Source: a bacterium (GTDB taxonomy: Bacteria > UBA8248). From it: a stretch of DNA of 64,000 bases. The notes under the pieces were generated by a model. It was given only the letters and a program-made list of their open reading frames with translations, was not told where the DNA came from and made no database searches. The stretch covers positions 320,001 through 384,000 of the forward strand of contig OZ241326.1 of assembly GCA_965199855.1 (NCBI GenBank), written 5' to 3'. The translations under genes were made by a program, and so were the position numbers. Numbering within the stretch: position 1 is the stretch's first letter; every line of letters begins with the position of its first letter. Below are positions 9,641-20,845 of the stretch, piece after piece.

Positions 9641-10729
9641 TCAATCCTGCTCGATGGCGGAGAGGAACCACCGGCCCTCGTCCCGCGCCCTCACCCACGT
9701 CCATCGCTCGCTGAAGCGCTCGGGCTCCGCGCGGCTTCCCTCCAGCACCTCCCCGGTTCCCTCGCGCACCACGTAGTCGCAAAGGCTCGCCTCGTAGCGC
9801 GCGGTGATGAAGTCGTAGCCCTCCTCGCTCCAGGCCTCGACGACCTCGGCGCGCTCGATCTCCACGTTGTCCAGCCTGTTCACCTTGCCCTCGCGCCTCA
9901 GGCCCTCGATGTCGCGCTCGACTTCCGCGTATATCTCATCGTCCATGAGCTCGCGGACGGGCGCCAGGTCGCGCGCCGACCACGCCTGCTGGAACCGAAG
10001 GAAGTTCTCCTTCGCCATATCCAGGAACGCCTCCTCGGAGAAGGAGGAATCCGCCTCGGCCATTTTCCGCAGCGCCTCCTCCGCCCCCGAGTCGCGGCGC
10101 GGGGCGACGCCCGAGGCGCCCCCGCCCCGGGCCGGGCCGATGTCCGGGCCGCGATACGCGCCGCCTCCCCTTTCGCGCCCGCCGCGCGGCGCCTCTTCAT
10201 GTTCATGTCCGCCCACGCCGTAGGGGTCGGCTCCGGCGCGGCCCTCTCCCGCGTAGCGGGGCGCCTCGTAGGAGGCGGCGGCGCGGCTGCGCATCATCCG
10301 GAAGATGAGGAAGACGGCGCCGCCGATGAGGAGGATTTCGAGAAGCCCGAAGCCGCCCCCCATCCCGTAGCCTCCCATGCCGCCGAACATCATCCGCCCC
10401 AGCATCCCGCCCAGCAGAAAGCCGCCGATGCCCGCGAACAGGCCGCTCCCGAGGCCGCCGCCCAGGAGCGAGCGCCTCTGAAGCGGCCGGCGCGAAAACG
10501 CCCGCGAGCGCGAACCGAAGTTCGAGCGCCTCGAGAAGCCCCTGCGCCCGAAGCCCCCGAACCCGCGCGAGCCGCGAAACCCGAAGGAGCGGAAGCCGCC
10601 GAAGCGGCGCGCCTCCGCCTGATCGACCGCCAGGCCCAGGCCGCCCCCCGGCGCGCGCGCGGGCGTCCCCAGGTGCGCCGGCGCGAAAAGCAGGAGCGCG
10701 AAAAGCGAAACGATGAACAGGCGCCTCAT
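9641..10729 (-). CDS. Tim44-domain membrane protein
   Basis: ATG 10729 with GGAGG. Signal peptide, Gly/Phe/Arg-rich region, TM segments, then F..Q.AW..RD and E.WTW.R...W.L.AI.Q. Confidence 0.85.
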   Translation of the reverse strand: MRRLFIVSLFALLLFAPAHLGTPARAPGGGLGLAVDQAEARRFGGFRSFGFRGSRGFGGFGRRGFSRRSNFGSRSRAFSRRPLQRRSLLGGGLGSGLFAGIGGFLLGGMLGRMMFGGMGGYGMGGGFGLLEILLIGGAVFLIFRMMRSRAAASYEAPRYAGEGRAGADPYGVGGHEHEEAPRGGRERGGGAYRGPDIGPARGGGASGVAPRRDSGAEEALRKMAEADSSFSEEAFLDMAKENFLRFQQAWSARDLAPVRELMDDEIYAEVERDIEGLRREGKVNRLDNVEIERAEVVEAWSEEGYDFITARYEASLCDYVVREGTGEVLEGSRAEPERFSERWTWVRARDEGRWFLSAIEQD

Positions 10730-10966
10730 CCCGAACCTCCGCAGGCGGCCGAAGCCGAAAAAGAAAACAGACGCGCCGACGCCCCCGATTATCCCAGCAT
10801 GGAGGCTCCAAGTCCATTGCGAACGGGGAGGCGGGGCGGGAACCCGCCCGAATCGTTGATGGAGCGGCCGCCCTCTGCTACCATCGGACGCTCCCGGAAG
10901 CCTGGGCAGCGAACCCCTCCGGCGCCGCGCGGCGAGCGGCCCGGACAGCCGAGGACGCCCCTCCCC

Positions 10967-12166
10967 ATGAGCGACCCCAAAAGAATGCCGCTCGAAGGCG
11001 TGCGGGTCATCGACGTCGGCACCCTGTTCGCCGGCCCCTGGATAGCCACCTACATGGCGGACTTCGGGGCGGACGTCGTCAAGATCGAGCATCCGCGCGG
11101 CGACTCGCTCCGGAACTTCGCCTCCCAGAAGAACGGCGTCTCCCTGTGGTGGAAGCTGGCGGGCCGCAACAAGAAGTCCGTCACCTGCGACATCTCCGCG
11201 CCGGAGGGAGGGGAGATCCTCCGCAGGCTCTGCGAGGACGCCGACGTGCTGGTGGAGAACTTCCGCCCCGGCGCCATGGAGAGGTGGGGCTTCTCCTGGG
11301 AGCGGCTCCACGCGCTCAACCCGAAGCTGATATTCGCGCGGACGAGCGGCTTCGGGCAGAAGGGCCCCTACGCGCGGAGGCCGGGCTTCGGCACGCTCGC
11401 CGAGGCGATGAGCGGCTTCGCGCACGTCACGGGCTTTCCCGACGGGCCGCCCACGCTGCCGCCCTTCGCCCTCGCCGACGGCATCAGCGCGATGTGCGGC
11501 GCCTACGCCGTAATGATGGCGCTCTACCACCGCGACGTCCACGGCGCGCCGGGCCAGGAGATCGACATCGCCATCTACGAGCCCATCACCACGGTGCTGG
11601 GCCCCCAGCCGCTCGAATGCGATCAGCTCGGCCTCGTCCAGACGCGCACGGGAAACGCCATACCCTTCGCCGCGCCCCGAAACGCCTACCGCTGCCGGGA
11701 CGGACGCTACGTCGTGATTTCCGCGAGCGCGGAGAGCATCTTCGGGCGCGTCATGCGCGCCGTGGACCGCCCCGATCTGGCCGAGGACCCCAGAATGCGG
11801 ACCCAGGCGGGCCGGGTGGAGAACATGGCCGAGCTGGACGCGGCCATCCAGGGCTGGATAGGCGAGCATTCGCTCGAGGAGACCATCGCCCACTTCGAGG
11901 AGCGCGAGTGCGCCCTGGGGCCCATCTACGACGTGGCCCAGCTGATGGCGGACCCCCACGTTCAGGCGCGCGGGAGCATCACCACGGTGGAGGACGAGGA
12001 GCTGGGCCCCATCCGGATGCAGAACGTCATCCCCCGGCTCAACGGCTCGCCCGGGCGAATCCGCTGGGCGGGGCCTCCCAAGGGCAGGCACACCGAAGAG
12101 GCGCTCTCGGAAATCGGATACGACGCGGCGGCGGTCGCCGCCCTGAGAGACAAGGGCGTCGTCTAG
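10967..12166 (+). CDS. CaiB/BaiF family III CoA-transferase
   Basis: PLEGVRVID, GADVVKIEHP, RNKKS and ENFRPG motifs. Confidence 0.9.
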   Translation: MSDPKRMPLEGVRVIDVGTLFAGPWIATYMADFGADVVKIEHPRGDSLRNFASQKNGVSLWWKLAGRNKKSVTCDISAPEGGEILRRLCEDADVLVENFRPGAMERWGFSWERLHALNPKLIFARTSGFGQKGPYARRPGFGTLAEAMSGFAHVTGFPDGPPTLPPFALADGISAMCGAYAVMMALYHRDVHGAPGQEIDIAIYEPITTVLGPQPLECDQLGLVQTRTGNAIPFAAPRNAYRCRDGRYVVISASAESIFGRVMRAVDRPDLAEDPRMRTQAGRVENMAELDAAIQGWIGEHSLEETIAHFEERECALGPIYDVAQLMADPHVQARGSITTVEDEELGPIRMQNVIPRLNGSPGRIRWAGPPKGRHTEEALSEIGYDAAAVAALRDKGVV

Positions 12167-12173
12167 CCCCCCG

Positions 12174-13076
12174 ATGCGCGAACCTCCGGACCACTGCGTC
12201 TTCATCTTCCATGAAGACTACCGCGCCGACGTGGGCGACCACGTCCTCCAGGTCGAGAAATACCGGAAGACCCACGCCCGGCTGCGGGAGGCCGGGCTGC
12301 CCGAGGCCGCCTTTCTCGCCCCGCGCGCGGCGACGGAGGAGGAGCTGGGCCTCGTCCACGCCCCCGAATACCTGGCCGATCTGCTCGGCGGCGCGCACAC
12401 CGCGCGCACGCTTCCGAGCGAACTCCCCATCAGCCGGGAGATCGTCCGCGCGGGCTTTCTGGCGGCGGGCGGCGGCATCCTCGCCGCGCGCGAGGCGATC
12501 GGGAGGGGCCGCGCCCTGAACCTCACGGGCGGGTTCCACCACGCCTTCGCCGACCGGGCGGAGGGCTTCTGCTACGTGAACGATCTGGCGGTCGCCGTCC
12601 GCGTCCTTCAGAAGGAGGGCGCCATAGCGCGGGCCGCGGTCATCGACTGCGACCTCCACCAGGGAAACGGCACCGCCGCCATCTTCCGGCGCGACGAGGC
12701 CGTGTTCACCTTCTCGATTCACCAGGAGAACATCTATCCCGAAAAGAGAAGGAGCGACCTGGACGTGGGGCTCTCCGACCTCGCCACAGACGAGGAGTAT
12801 CTGCCCCGCCTGGAAAGGCATCTCCCCGGAATCCTGGACGGCCACGCCCCCGATCTGGTTCTCTACCAGGCCGGGGCGGACCCCTACGCCGGGGATCAGC
12901 TCGGAACCCTCCAGCTCTCCAAGGAGGGGCTGGCGAGGCGCGACGAATACGTCATCGGGCAGTGCCTCTCGCGCGGCATCCCGATAGCGGGCTCCCTCGG
13001 CGGGGGCTACGCGCTCGATCCCGAGGACACGGTCGACATCCACTTCCGGACGGCGCTTCGCTTCTGGGAGGCGTGA
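12174..13076 (+). CDS. Histone deacetylase family protein
   Basis: GGFHHA, GFC, DCDLHQGNG, GAD and GGGY motifs. Confidence 0.9.
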   Translation: MREPPDHCVFIFHEDYRADVGDHVLQVEKYRKTHARLREAGLPEAAFLAPRAATEEELGLVHAPEYLADLLGGAHTARTLPSELPISREIVRAGFLAAGGGILAAREAIGRGRALNLTGGFHHAFADRAEGFCYVNDLAVAVRVLQKEGAIARAAVIDCDLHQGNGTAAIFRRDEAVFTFSIHQENIYPEKRRSDLDVGLSDLATDEEYLPRLERHLPGILDGHAPDLVLYQAGADPYAGDQLGTLQLSKEGLARRDEYVIGQCLSRGIPIAGSLGGGYALDPEDTVDIHFRTALRFWEA

Positions 13077-13153
13077 GGAGGCGCTTCGCCCCAGGCGCGG
13101 GCGGGGCGTATAATCCCCCCGGCGTCCGCGATTCGCCATCAGCAGGGAGGCGC

Positions 13154-14461
13154 ATGGCCACCACCTCGCAAAGCGGCCCCGTCCGCCGGCCCGGGTTCTA
13201 CTACGGCTGGCTCATCGTCTGGCTCTCCTTCGGGACGCTGGCGTTCCACATCGTCACGCGCTTCTCCTTCGGCATCTTCCAGGTTCCGCTGATCGAGGAG
13301 TTCGGCTGGAGCCGGGGACTGCTGGGCGGAGCCTTCGCCCTCTCCATGGCCGTCTACGCCTTCTGCTCGCCGCTGGCGGGCTCGTGGCTGGAGAAAAGAG
13401 GCCCGCGCGCCCTCATGCCCTGGGGGTCGGTGCTTCTGGGCGCGACGTTCGTCGCGTGCTTCTTCATCGGCTCGATCTGGCACGTCTATATCCTCATCGG
13501 GCTGTGCGGCGGCTTCGGCCTCTCCCTGAGCGGCTTCTCCACGCACAGCGCCATCATCCCGAGGTGGTTCGTCAGGAAGCGGGGCCGCGCCACGGGCGTC
13601 GCGCTCTCCGGCATCGGCATCGGCATCCTCGTCCTGGCGCCCCTCATCGAGCGGCTCATCGCCTCGGTCGGCTGGCGCTCCACCTACCTGATCTACGGCC
13701 TCGTCGTGCTGTGCGTCGTCGCCCCGGCGGGGTTCGCGCTCCTGCGCGACGCGCCCGAGGACGTGGGCCAGGGCCCGGACGGCGGGGCGCCGCGCGCGCC
13801 GGAGGAGCTGGCGAGGGCGGGCATCGGCCGCGGCGGCGAGGGCAAGGGGGTGCGGGAGGTGTTCCTCCTCGTGAAGGGCGACGCGCGCTTCTGGTGCCTC
13901 ATCCTGATGGTGTTCGCCATCGGCCTGAACAACAACACCATCATGAGCCAGCTCCAGCTCTACCTCGTGGACGCGGGATACGGCACCGCCTTCGCCGCCG
14001 TCGTCTTCGGCATGGTCGGGTTCATCCGCACCTTCGGCAGCGTCGGCGGGGGGTGGGTGGGCGACGTCATCGGGCGCGGGCGCGGGGTGGCGCTCTCCGC
14101 CATGGTGGTGGCGGCGGGCCTCGCCCTGCTCCTCCTGATTCCCCGCTTCGGCGGAGGCGCGCTTCCGGCCTACGCCTTCGCGCTGGTCTATGGGGTCGGC
14201 ATCGGCGGCATGAGCGCCTGCTACTCCGCCCTTGCGGGCGACTGCTTCGGGGGGCGCGCCTACGGGGTGATCATCGGCTTCATGGAGATATGCTACGGGC
14301 TGGGGGGCGTCGTCGGCCCCCCGTTCGCGGGCTTCATGTACGACTACGCGAAAAGCTACCTCGTCCCGTTCTCGACCATCATCTTCTTCATGTTCGTCTC
14401 GACGGGGCTCGCCCTGTGGCTGCACGCCCACATGCGAGAGCGCGGCGGCGCGCCCGCGTAG
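13154..14461 (+). CDS. MFS transporter
   Basis: ATG 13154 with GGGAGG. About 12 hydrophobic segments; WF.RKRG.A.G motif. Confidence 0.88.
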   Translation: MATTSQSGPVRRPGFYYGWLIVWLSFGTLAFHIVTRFSFGIFQVPLIEEFGWSRGLLGGAFALSMAVYAFCSPLAGSWLEKRGPRALMPWGSVLLGATFVACFFIGSIWHVYILIGLCGGFGLSLSGFSTHSAIIPRWFVRKRGRATGVALSGIGIGILVLAPLIERLIASVGWRSTYLIYGLVVLCVVAPAGFALLRDAPEDVGQGPDGGAPRAPEELARAGIGRGGEGKGVREVFLLVKGDARFWCLILMVFAIGLNNNTIMSQLQLYLVDAGYGTAFAAVVFGMVGFIRTFGSVGGGWVGDVIGRGRGVALSAMVVAAGLALLLLIPRFGGGALPAYAFALVYGVGIGGMSACYSALAGDCFGGRAYGVIIGFMEICYGLGGVVGPPFAGFMYDYAKSYLVPFSTIIFFMFVSTGLALWLHAHMRERGGAPA

Positions 14462-14468
14462 CGTCGCC

Positions 14469-15179
14469 TCAGCCGCGGGCCCCCTCCATGCGCCTGGGCG
14501 CGATGAGCAGGACGCACTCGCCCCGGACTTTCCCGTCCCGCAGCCTCTCCTCCAGCTCGCGCGCCGCGCCGCGCAGAATCTCCTCGTGCAGCTTCGTGAG
14601 CTCGCGCGCGAGCGCGAGGGGGCGCGCGGGCGAGAGGGCGGCGATCTCCCCCGCCAGCCTCCCGATTCGATGGGGCGACTCGAAGAGGACGACGGTGCGC
14701 TCCTCGTTCAGGAGCGCCTCGATTCTCGCCAGCCTCTTGCGGCCCCTGGCGGGCAGGAAGCCCTCGAAGACGAACCTGTCGGTGGGAAGCCCCGAGGCGA
14801 CCAGGGCGGCGAGGACGGAGGAGGCGCCGGGGACGGGGACGACGCGGACGCCCGCCTCTATCGCTGCGCGCGCGACCCGGTAGGCGGGGTCGGAAACGCC
14901 CGGCGTTCCGGCGTCGGAGACGACGGCGACGCGCTCGCCCCGCGCGGCGCGCGCGGCCAGCCCGCCCGCGCGCGCGCTCTCGTTGCGCTCGTGACAGCTC
15001 AGGAGCGGCTTCTTCAGCCCCAGGCGGGAGAGGAGCCTGCCCGTCCGGCGCGTGTCCTCGCAGGCCACGAGGTCGCACCCGGCGAGCGTGCGGCGGGCGC
15101 GTTCGGAGATATCCTCCATGTTCCCGATGGGCGTGGCGACGAGATAGACGCCGGGCTCCAGGGGCGGCGGCTCGGCCAT
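14469..15179 (-). CDS. rsmI: 16S rRNA C1402 2'-O-methyltransferase
   Basis: VATPIGN, EDTR, SDAGTPGVSDP and FESPHR motifs. Confidence 0.93.
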   Translation of the reverse strand: MAEPPPLEPGVYLVATPIGNMEDISERARRTLAGCDLVACEDTRRTGRLLSRLGLKKPLLSCHERNESARAGGLAARAARGERVAVVSDAGTPGVSDPAYRVARAAIEAGVRVVPVPGASSVLAALVASGLPTDRFVFEGFLPARGRKRLARIEALLNEERTVVLFESPHRIGRLAGEIAALSPARPLALARELTKLHEEILRGAARELEERLRDGKVRGECVLLIAPRRMEGARG

Positions 15180-15185
15180 GGGCTC

Positions 15186-16388
15186 TCAGGCCACGACGCC
15201 CGCGTCCCGCAGGCTCTTTATCTCGTCCTCGCTCTTGCCGAGCTCCCGAAGCGCCTCGTCGGTATGCTCCCCCAGAAGCGGCGCGGGCGCGCGCACGCCC
15301 GCCGGCGTCCTCGAGAGCTTGGGCGGGAAGCCGAGGACCCGGGTGCGGCCCGCGGCGGGATGCTCCACCTCCACGCTCATCTCCCGCGCCTGAATCTGGG
15401 GATGCGCGAAGGTCTCCGCCATGTTCAGAATCGGGCCGCAGGGAACCCCGCCGGAATCGAGGAGCGCCACCCACTCGGCGCGCGTCTTCTCCGCGAAGGT
15501 CTCCTCCAGCTCCTCGGCCAGCTTCAGGTAATGCTCGCGGCGCGAGCCGTCCGTGGCGTATTCGGGGCGGCGCGCGAGGTCCTCGCGTCCGATGGCGCGG
15601 CAGAACAGCTCCCAGTTCCGCTGGTTCGCCGCGCCCAGGGCGAGGTAGCCGTCCCGGCACCGGAAGGCCTGGTAGGGCGCCGTCATCTCGTGGGCGGAGC
15701 CGAGCGGCTCGGGCGGCTCCCCGGAGGGGAAGAACTGCGACGCCTGCCAGAAGGCGTAGCCCAGGCCGGCGTCGGTGAGGGCGACGTCGACGCGCTGCCC
15801 CTCGCCGGTTCGCTCCCGGTGGACGTAGGCGGAGAGAATGGAGAGCGCCGCGTACATGCCGGCGTTCAGATCGCAAATCGGCACGGGAATCTTCGCGGGC
15901 GCGCCGCCGGGCTCGCCCGTGAAGCTCATGAGGCTGGAGAGGCCCTGCGACACCAGGTCGAAGCCGCCCTTGCCGGCGAAGGGGCCCGTGCTCCCGTAGC
16001 CGGAGATGGAGGCGTAGATGAGGCGCGGGCTGGCCTCGGAGAGCGCCTCCCAGCCCAGGCCCATCCGCTCCATGGCGCCGGGCCGGAGGTTCTCCACCAG
16101 CGCGTCGGCGCGCTGCGCGAACTCCTTGACGAGGGCGGCGCCCGCGGGCGACTTCATGTCCACCGCGAGGCTCCGCTTGTTGCGGTTCAGGTTCATGAAG
16201 CCGTGGGCTTCCCCGCCGGCGAAGTGGCGGCCCAGGCGGCGCGCGCTGTCGCCGCCCTCGGGGTTTTCCACCTTGAGGACGTCCGCCCCCATGTCCGCCA
16301 GCAGACACCCGCAGAAGGGGCCGGCCATGACCTGGCAGATTTCCAGCACCCGCACGCCCTCGAGCGGGCCGCCCGTTTTCCGGCTCAT
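15186..16388 (-). CDS. CaiB/BaiF family III CoA-transferase
   Basis: PLEGVRVLE, GADVLKVE, NRNKRS and GFDL motifs. Confidence 0.9.
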   Translation of the reverse strand: MSRKTGGPLEGVRVLEICQVMAGPFCGCLLADMGADVLKVENPEGGDSARRLGRHFAGGEAHGFMNLNRNKRSLAVDMKSPAGAALVKEFAQRADALVENLRPGAMERMGLGWEALSEASPRLIYASISGYGSTGPFAGKGGFDLVSQGLSSLMSFTGEPGGAPAKIPVPICDLNAGMYAALSILSAYVHRERTGEGQRVDVALTDAGLGYAFWQASQFFPSGEPPEPLGSAHEMTAPYQAFRCRDGYLALGAANQRNWELFCRAIGREDLARRPEYATDGSRREHYLKLAEELEETFAEKTRAEWVALLDSGGVPCGPILNMAETFAHPQIQAREMSVEVEHPAAGRTRVLGFPPKLSRTPAGVRAPAPLLGEHTDEALRELGKSEDEIKSLRDAGVVA

Positions 16389-16394
16389 CCCTCT

Positions 16395-17204
16395 TTACTT
16401 CCCCCGAAATTCCGGCGCGCGCTTGTTCAGGAAGGCGTCCACCCCCTCGCGGAAATCCTCGGTGTCGAAGCAGGCGAACTCGCGCGCGCGCTCCTTCTCC
16501 GTGAGGCCGGCGAGGGCGGGATCCTTCAGGATTTTCTTCACGAACCCCTTGTGCCACCGGTGAACGAGGGGCGCCAGGGAGGCGATGCGCTCGGCCGCGC
16601 CATACGCCGCCTCCGCGACCTCCTCATCCGGGACGACGCGCGCCAGAAAGCCCGCCTCGAGCATCTCGCGCGCCGTGAAGAGCCGCGCCGTCAGCAACAT
16701 GTCCAGGGTGCGCGCCGGCCCGATGGACTGCACGAAGCGCCTGAGCTCCGAATGGCCCGCCACCAGCCCCAGCTTCGCCACCGGCACGCCGAAGCGGGAG
16801 CTCTCGCCCGCGATTCGCAGATCAGCGGCGGCGGCGAGCTCCACGCCCCCGCCCACGCAGGCGCCGCGAATGAGGCACAGCGCGGGCTTCGAGAAGGCGT
16901 CCACCGCGTCCAGCCCGCGCAGGAACGCGGTCTCCGCGTAGCGCCTCGCCTGGCCGGAGCTCCAGCGCTCCTCGCGGAAGCGCGAGATGTCCGCCCCCGC
17001 CGAGAAGGCGCGCTCGCCCGCGCCCCGGAAGACGACGACGCGCGCGGAATCGTCCGCGTCGAGCTCGGGCATGAGGCGGGCGATCTCCAGCCACATTTCG
17101 TATTCGATCGCGTTGAGCTTCTCCGGCGCGCGAATCTCTATCGTCGCCACGGCGCCCCGCCGGGAGAGGCGTATTTTTCCGTCCGCGCGCGGCTCCCCGC
17201 TCAC
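16395..17204 (-). CDS. Enoyl-CoA hydratase/isomerase family protein
   Basis: C-terminal part of the 717-aa track ORF: KLNAI, FSAGADI, CVGGG and EGVDAFLNKRAP.F.G. GTG 17204 assumed as start. Confidence 0.85.
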   Translation of the reverse strand: MSGEPRADGKIRLSRRGAVATIEIRAPEKLNAIEYEMWLEIARLMPELDADDSARVVVFRGAGERAFSAGADISRFREERWSSGQARRYAETAFLRGLDAVDAFSKPALCLIRGACVGGGVELAAAADLRIAGESSRFGVPVAKLGLVAGHSELRRFVQSIGPARTLDMLLTARLFTAREMLEAGFLARVVPDEEVAEAAYGAAERIASLAPLVHRWHKGFVKKILKDPALAGLTEKERAREFACFDTEDFREGVDAFLNKRAPEFRGK

Positions 17205-17268
17205 GCCGAGCCGCCCCGGGGCGCGGGGCGCGGGGCGCGCGCGCTCCTTCGATGAGCGCGGGAGGGCG

Positions 17269-17487
17269 TCAGTCCCCCTGGGCATCCCTGTATTCCTCAA
17301 GCCACGCCATCTGGATGGCCTCGAGCTTCCCCTCGGTCGAGGACATCGGGTCGTCGTCGAACGCATCCAGTCCGCACACCCACTCGTGCAGGTCGGTGAA
17401 GCGGACGGAGAGCGGGTCGGTCTCCGGAAACTTCTCGTAGAGGGCGATGCCGACGTCCTCGGCGTCCTCCCAGCCGAACTTCTCCAC
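17269..17487 (-). CDS. iscX: Fe-S assembly protein IscX
   Basis: W.D...I...L, P.SVRFTDL and E.KLEAIQ.AW; last gene of the isc core. Confidence 0.9.
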   Translation of the reverse strand: MEKFGWEDAEDVGIALYEKFPETDPLSVRFTDLHEWVCGLDAFDDDPMSSTEGKLEAIQMAWLEEYRDAQGD

Positions 17488-17512
17488 GCGCTCGTTCTCC
17501 CGGGGCGAATCC

Positions 17513-17869
17513 CTAGCGGACGCCCTGCTCCCTGGCGGCGTCCGGCCCCTCCTGCACCAGGTTCACGTTCCAGAAGGGCACGTGCACCTCGATGACCTCC
17601 TCGGTCTCGCGCTCCAGCGTCGCCTGGCAGGCGAGGCGGCTGTCGAGGTCCACGTCGCGCGCGTCGTCGAGCTGATCCTCCTCGTCCTCGGTGGACTCGC
17701 TGAAGGAATCCGCCCCGCTCCGCAGCTTCACGTGGCACGTCGAGCAGGCGCACACCCCGCCGCAGGCATGATCGAGATCGAGGCCGTTCTCGAGTGCCGC
17801 CTCGAGAATGTTCTCGCCCACGTGAATGTCGATGGTCTGCTTCTCTTCGATGAATCGCAGCTTCGCCAT
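17513..17869 (-). CDS. fdx: ISC 2Fe-2S ferredoxin
   Basis: HACGGVCACSTCH and SRLACQ. Confidence 0.9.
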   Translation of the reverse strand: MAKLRFIEEKQTIDIHVGENILEAALENGLDLDHACGGVCACSTCHVKLRSGADSFSESTEDEEDQLDDARDVDLDSRLACQATLERETEEVIEVHVPFWNVNLVQEGPDAAREQGVR

Positions 17870-17905
17870 TTTTCTCCCCCGCGCTTCGCGGCCTCTCCGC
17901 GGCGC

Positions 17906-19741
17906 CTAGTCCCTCAGCGCCTCGCTCACCCTCTTGTTCTCCAGCGCCGACTTGAGAACGCTGTCCATCATCCGCTCGGCGAGCGGCATGGTGACGGCGT
18001 TGAGCGCGTCCACCCCGTCCCGAATCGCTCCCGGCTCCTCCCCCCGGCGCGACGCCTCCAGGGCGCTCACCGCCTCGGCGATTCTCGCGCGCTCCTCGGG
18101 GGAGACGGCGCGTTCTCCATAGTCGTTCATCGCGCGCGCCGTGGCCATGAGGATGGCCTCCGCCTCGTTTCTGGCGTCGAGAATCTGGCGCGAGCGAACG
18201 TCCTCCTCCGCGCGCTCGAAGGATTCCAGCAGCATCCGCTCGACCTGCTCGTCCGTCAGCCCGTAGGAGGGCCGCACCTCCACCGAGGCGGCCTTGCCGC
18301 TTCTCAGGTCGCGCGCCGTCACGCTCAGGATGCCGTTGGCGTCGATGAGAAACGTCACCTCCACGCGGGCCAGGCCGGCCGGGGCGGGGTCGATGGCCAG
18401 GCGGAAGCGCGCGAGCGAGCGGTTGTCCCGCGCCAGCTCGCGCTCCCCCTGGAGCACGTGGACGTCCACGCCCGTCTGGTTGTCCTTGAAGGTGGTGTAG
18501 GCCTCCTTCGCGCTCGCGGGAATGGTGGTGTTGCGGGGGATGATCCACCCCATCGCCCCGCCCATGGTCTCGATGCCCAGCGAGAGCGGGGTCACGTCGA
18601 GCAGCAGCATGTCCCGCGCCCCGCCCGCGAGGATGTCCGCCTGCACCGCGGCGCCCAGCGCCACCACCTCGTCGGGGTTGATGTCCGCGTGGGGCTCGCG
18701 CCCGAACAAGTCCCGCACCATGCGGCGGACGAGGGGCATCCGGGTGGAGCCGCCCACCAGAACCACCTCGTCCACGTCCTCCGGCGAGAGGCCCGCGTCC
18801 TCCAGGGCGCGGCGGCAGGGCGCCAGCGTCCGTCCGGCGATGGGCGCGAGGAGCGCCTCCATCTCCTCGCGGGAGAGGCGCCCCTCGTGGCGGAGCGGGA
18901 GGCCGCCCGGGGCTTCGAGCGCGTATTCCGCCGAGTCGCTCTCCGAGAGCTCCCGCTTCACGCGCTCCGCCAGAAGCGCGAGCTCGGCCAGCGCCTCGGG
19001 GGTCTCGCCCGGGTCCGCGCCGCGCTGCGCGAGAACCTCCTCCCGGATGCGCGCGGAGACGGCGCGGTCGAAGTCGTCGCCGCCCAGGCGGGTGTCCCCG
19101 CCCGTCGAGAGCACCTCGAACACGCCCTCCCTGATCCGCAGGATCGAGATGTCGAAGGTGCCGCCGCCCAGGTCATAAACCGCGACGACGCCGCGGTTGC
19201 GCTCATGGAGGCCGTAGGCCAGGGAGGCCGCCGTGGGCTCGTTGATGATGCGAAGCACCTCGAGGCCCGCGAGCCTGCCCGCGTCCTTCGTCGCCTGGCG
19301 CTGCGCGTCGTTGAAGTGCGCCGGAACGGTGATGACCGCCCGGAGCGCGGGACGGCCCAGCGCCTTCTCCGCCCGCGCCTTCAGGCGCCGCAGCACGAGG
19401 GCGCTGACTTCGGGCGCGCTGTAGGAGCGCCCCCGCGCCAGGACGTGAACGACCTCCTTTTTCGACGGGTCGGCCTCGAAGGGCAGATGGCGCATCTCCT
19501 CCTCGACGTCCGCATAGCCCCTGCCCATGAGCCGCTTGATGGAGAAGACGGCGTTTCCGCCGTTGGAGACGCGATCCGCCTGCGCCTCCTCGCCGATGAG
19601 AACGCGGTCGGGGCGGAAGCTCACGACGGAGGGCACGATGCCGCGCTCGCCCTCCGGCGCCAGAATCGCCGGCTCGCCGTCCGAGACGGCGGCGACCAGG
19701 CTGTTCGTGGTGCCCAGGTCGATGCCGATGATCCCGCTCAA
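17906..19741 (-). CDS. hscA: Fe-S chaperone HscA (Hsp70)
   Basis: [26 protein letters not shown] and RSLARF; follows hscB. Confidence 0.9.
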   Translation of the reverse strand: MSGIIGIDLGTTNSLVAAVSDGEPAILAPEGERGIVPSVVSFRPDRVLIGEEAQADRVSNGGNAVFSIKRLMGRGYADVEEEMRHLPFEADPSKKEVVHVLARGRSYSAPEVSALVLRRLKARAEKALGRPALRAVITVPAHFNDAQRQATKDAGRLAGLEVLRIINEPTAASLAYGLHERNRGVVAVYDLGGGTFDISILRIREGVFEVLSTGGDTRLGGDDFDRAVSARIREEVLAQRGADPGETPEALAELALLAERVKRELSESDSAEYALEAPGGLPLRHEGRLSREEMEALLAPIAGRTLAPCRRALEDAGLSPEDVDEVVLVGGSTRMPLVRRMVRDLFGREPHADINPDEVVALGAAVQADILAGGARDMLLLDVTPLSLGIETMGGAMGWIIPRNTTIPASAKEAYTTFKDNQTGVDVHVLQGERELARDNRSLARFRLAIDPAPAGLARVEVTFLIDANGILSVTARDLRSGKAASVEVRPSYGLTDEQVERMLLESFERAEEDVRSRQILDARNEAEAILMATARAMNDYGERAVSPEERARIAEAVSALEASRRGEEPGAIRDGVDALNAVTMPLAERMMDSVLKSALENKRVSEALRD

Positions 19742-20379
19742 CCGCTCTTCTCCAGGGCGTCGTTCAGGCTTTTGAGGGTGTTCTCGATGTATTTTCGGCT
19801 GCCGAGAACGGCGCGCATCTTTCTCAGGATTTCAGGCGGGGCGGGTTCTCCCCTCTCCGCCGCCTCGTCCCAGGCGGCGCCCAAGCCGTCGAGCGCCGTC
19901 CGCTGGCCGCGGCGAAGCGCCAGGAAGCACTCCCGCGCCGCGCCGATGCGCTCGCGCAGACGCTCGCCGTCCTCCGCGTCCCCGCGGGGGCGAAGCGCCT
20001 CCACCGCCTCCCGCGCCTCGAATATCTCCTCGAGCAGCTCGGCGGGCGGCTTCGCGTCGTTCTCCGCAAGCGCGCCGCTTTCGAGCTCCACGAGATACGC
20101 CGCGCGCGCCGCCGGCTCCCTGAGCGTCTGATAGGCCGCGTTGACGCGGGCGGTCGCCTCCAGGCTCCTGACGCGGACGGCGGCGGGCGCGTCCATGAAA
20201 AAATCGGGGTGAAGCCGCCGGCTGAGCCGGTAGAAGGCGGACTCCAGCGCCTCGGCGTCAACGCCGAACCTTCGCTCGAAGCCCAGGAGGGCGAAATGGT
20301 CGATCTCGGCGGGGACGGCCTCTATCTCTCCGGCCTCGTCGAAGACGGAGAAGGCCCTGTTCTGCGTCGCTTCGCTCAT
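19738..20379 (-). CDS. hscB: Fe-S co-chaperone HscB
   Basis: J-domain HPD, N.AY.TL..P..RA.YL. Confidence 0.9.
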   Translation of the reverse strand: MSEATQNRAFSVFDEAGEIEAVPAEIDHFALLGFERRFGVDAEALESAFYRLSRRLHPDFFMDAPAAVRVRSLEATARVNAAYQTLREPAARAAYLVELESGALAENDAKPPAELLEEIFEAREAVEALRPRGDAEDGERLRERIGAARECFLALRRGQRTALDGLGAAWDEAAERGEPAPPEILRKMRAVLGSRKYIENTLKSLNDALEKSG

Positions 20380-20457
20380 CGCGCGATTCCAGGCCCGCGT
20401 GAACCGCCGGGCGTCATGAATCCAAAAGAAAACGCGGCGCGTTCCGCTCCGCCTCCG

Positions 20458-20814
20458 CTACGCGGAGAAGCTCTCCCCGCAGCCGCAGGACTGGCGGGCG
20501 TTCGGGTTCTTGAAGGTGAAGCCCTGCCCCATCAGCCCGTCCTCGAAGTCCAGCGTGGTGCCCGCGAGGAAAAGCAGGCTCTTCCTGTCCACGACCACCC
20601 GGACGCCGCCCTTCTCGATCACCTCGTCCATGAGCGGGTTGACGCGCTCGGCGCCCTCGAACTGGAGAACGTAGGAAAGCCCGGAGCAGCCGCCACCCTT
20701 CACGCCGACGCGGAGGACCTGCCCCGGCTTCCCCTCCCTCTCCAGAAAGCGGTTCATGTGCGCTACGGCCTTGTCGGTCACCTCCAGGGCGGGCCCCTTC
20801 GCGGCCGTTTCCAT
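20458..20814 (-). CDS. iscA: A-type Fe-S carrier IscA
   Basis: GGCSGLSY and CGCGESF. Confidence 0.9.
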   Translation of the reverse strand: METAAKGPALEVTDKAVAHMNRFLEREGKPGQVLRVGVKGGGCSGLSYVLQFEGAERVNPLMDEVIEKGGVRVVVDRKSLLFLAGTTLDFEDGLMGQGFTFKNPNARQSCGCGESFSA

Positions 20815-20845
20815 GTCCTCTCCTCCGTCGGCGAATCGCCCGCGC

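Noticed and set aside
17906-19741. dnaK
   Set aside because: The isc context (hscB upstream, fdx downstream) and TTNSLVA/RSLARF motifs indicate HscA.
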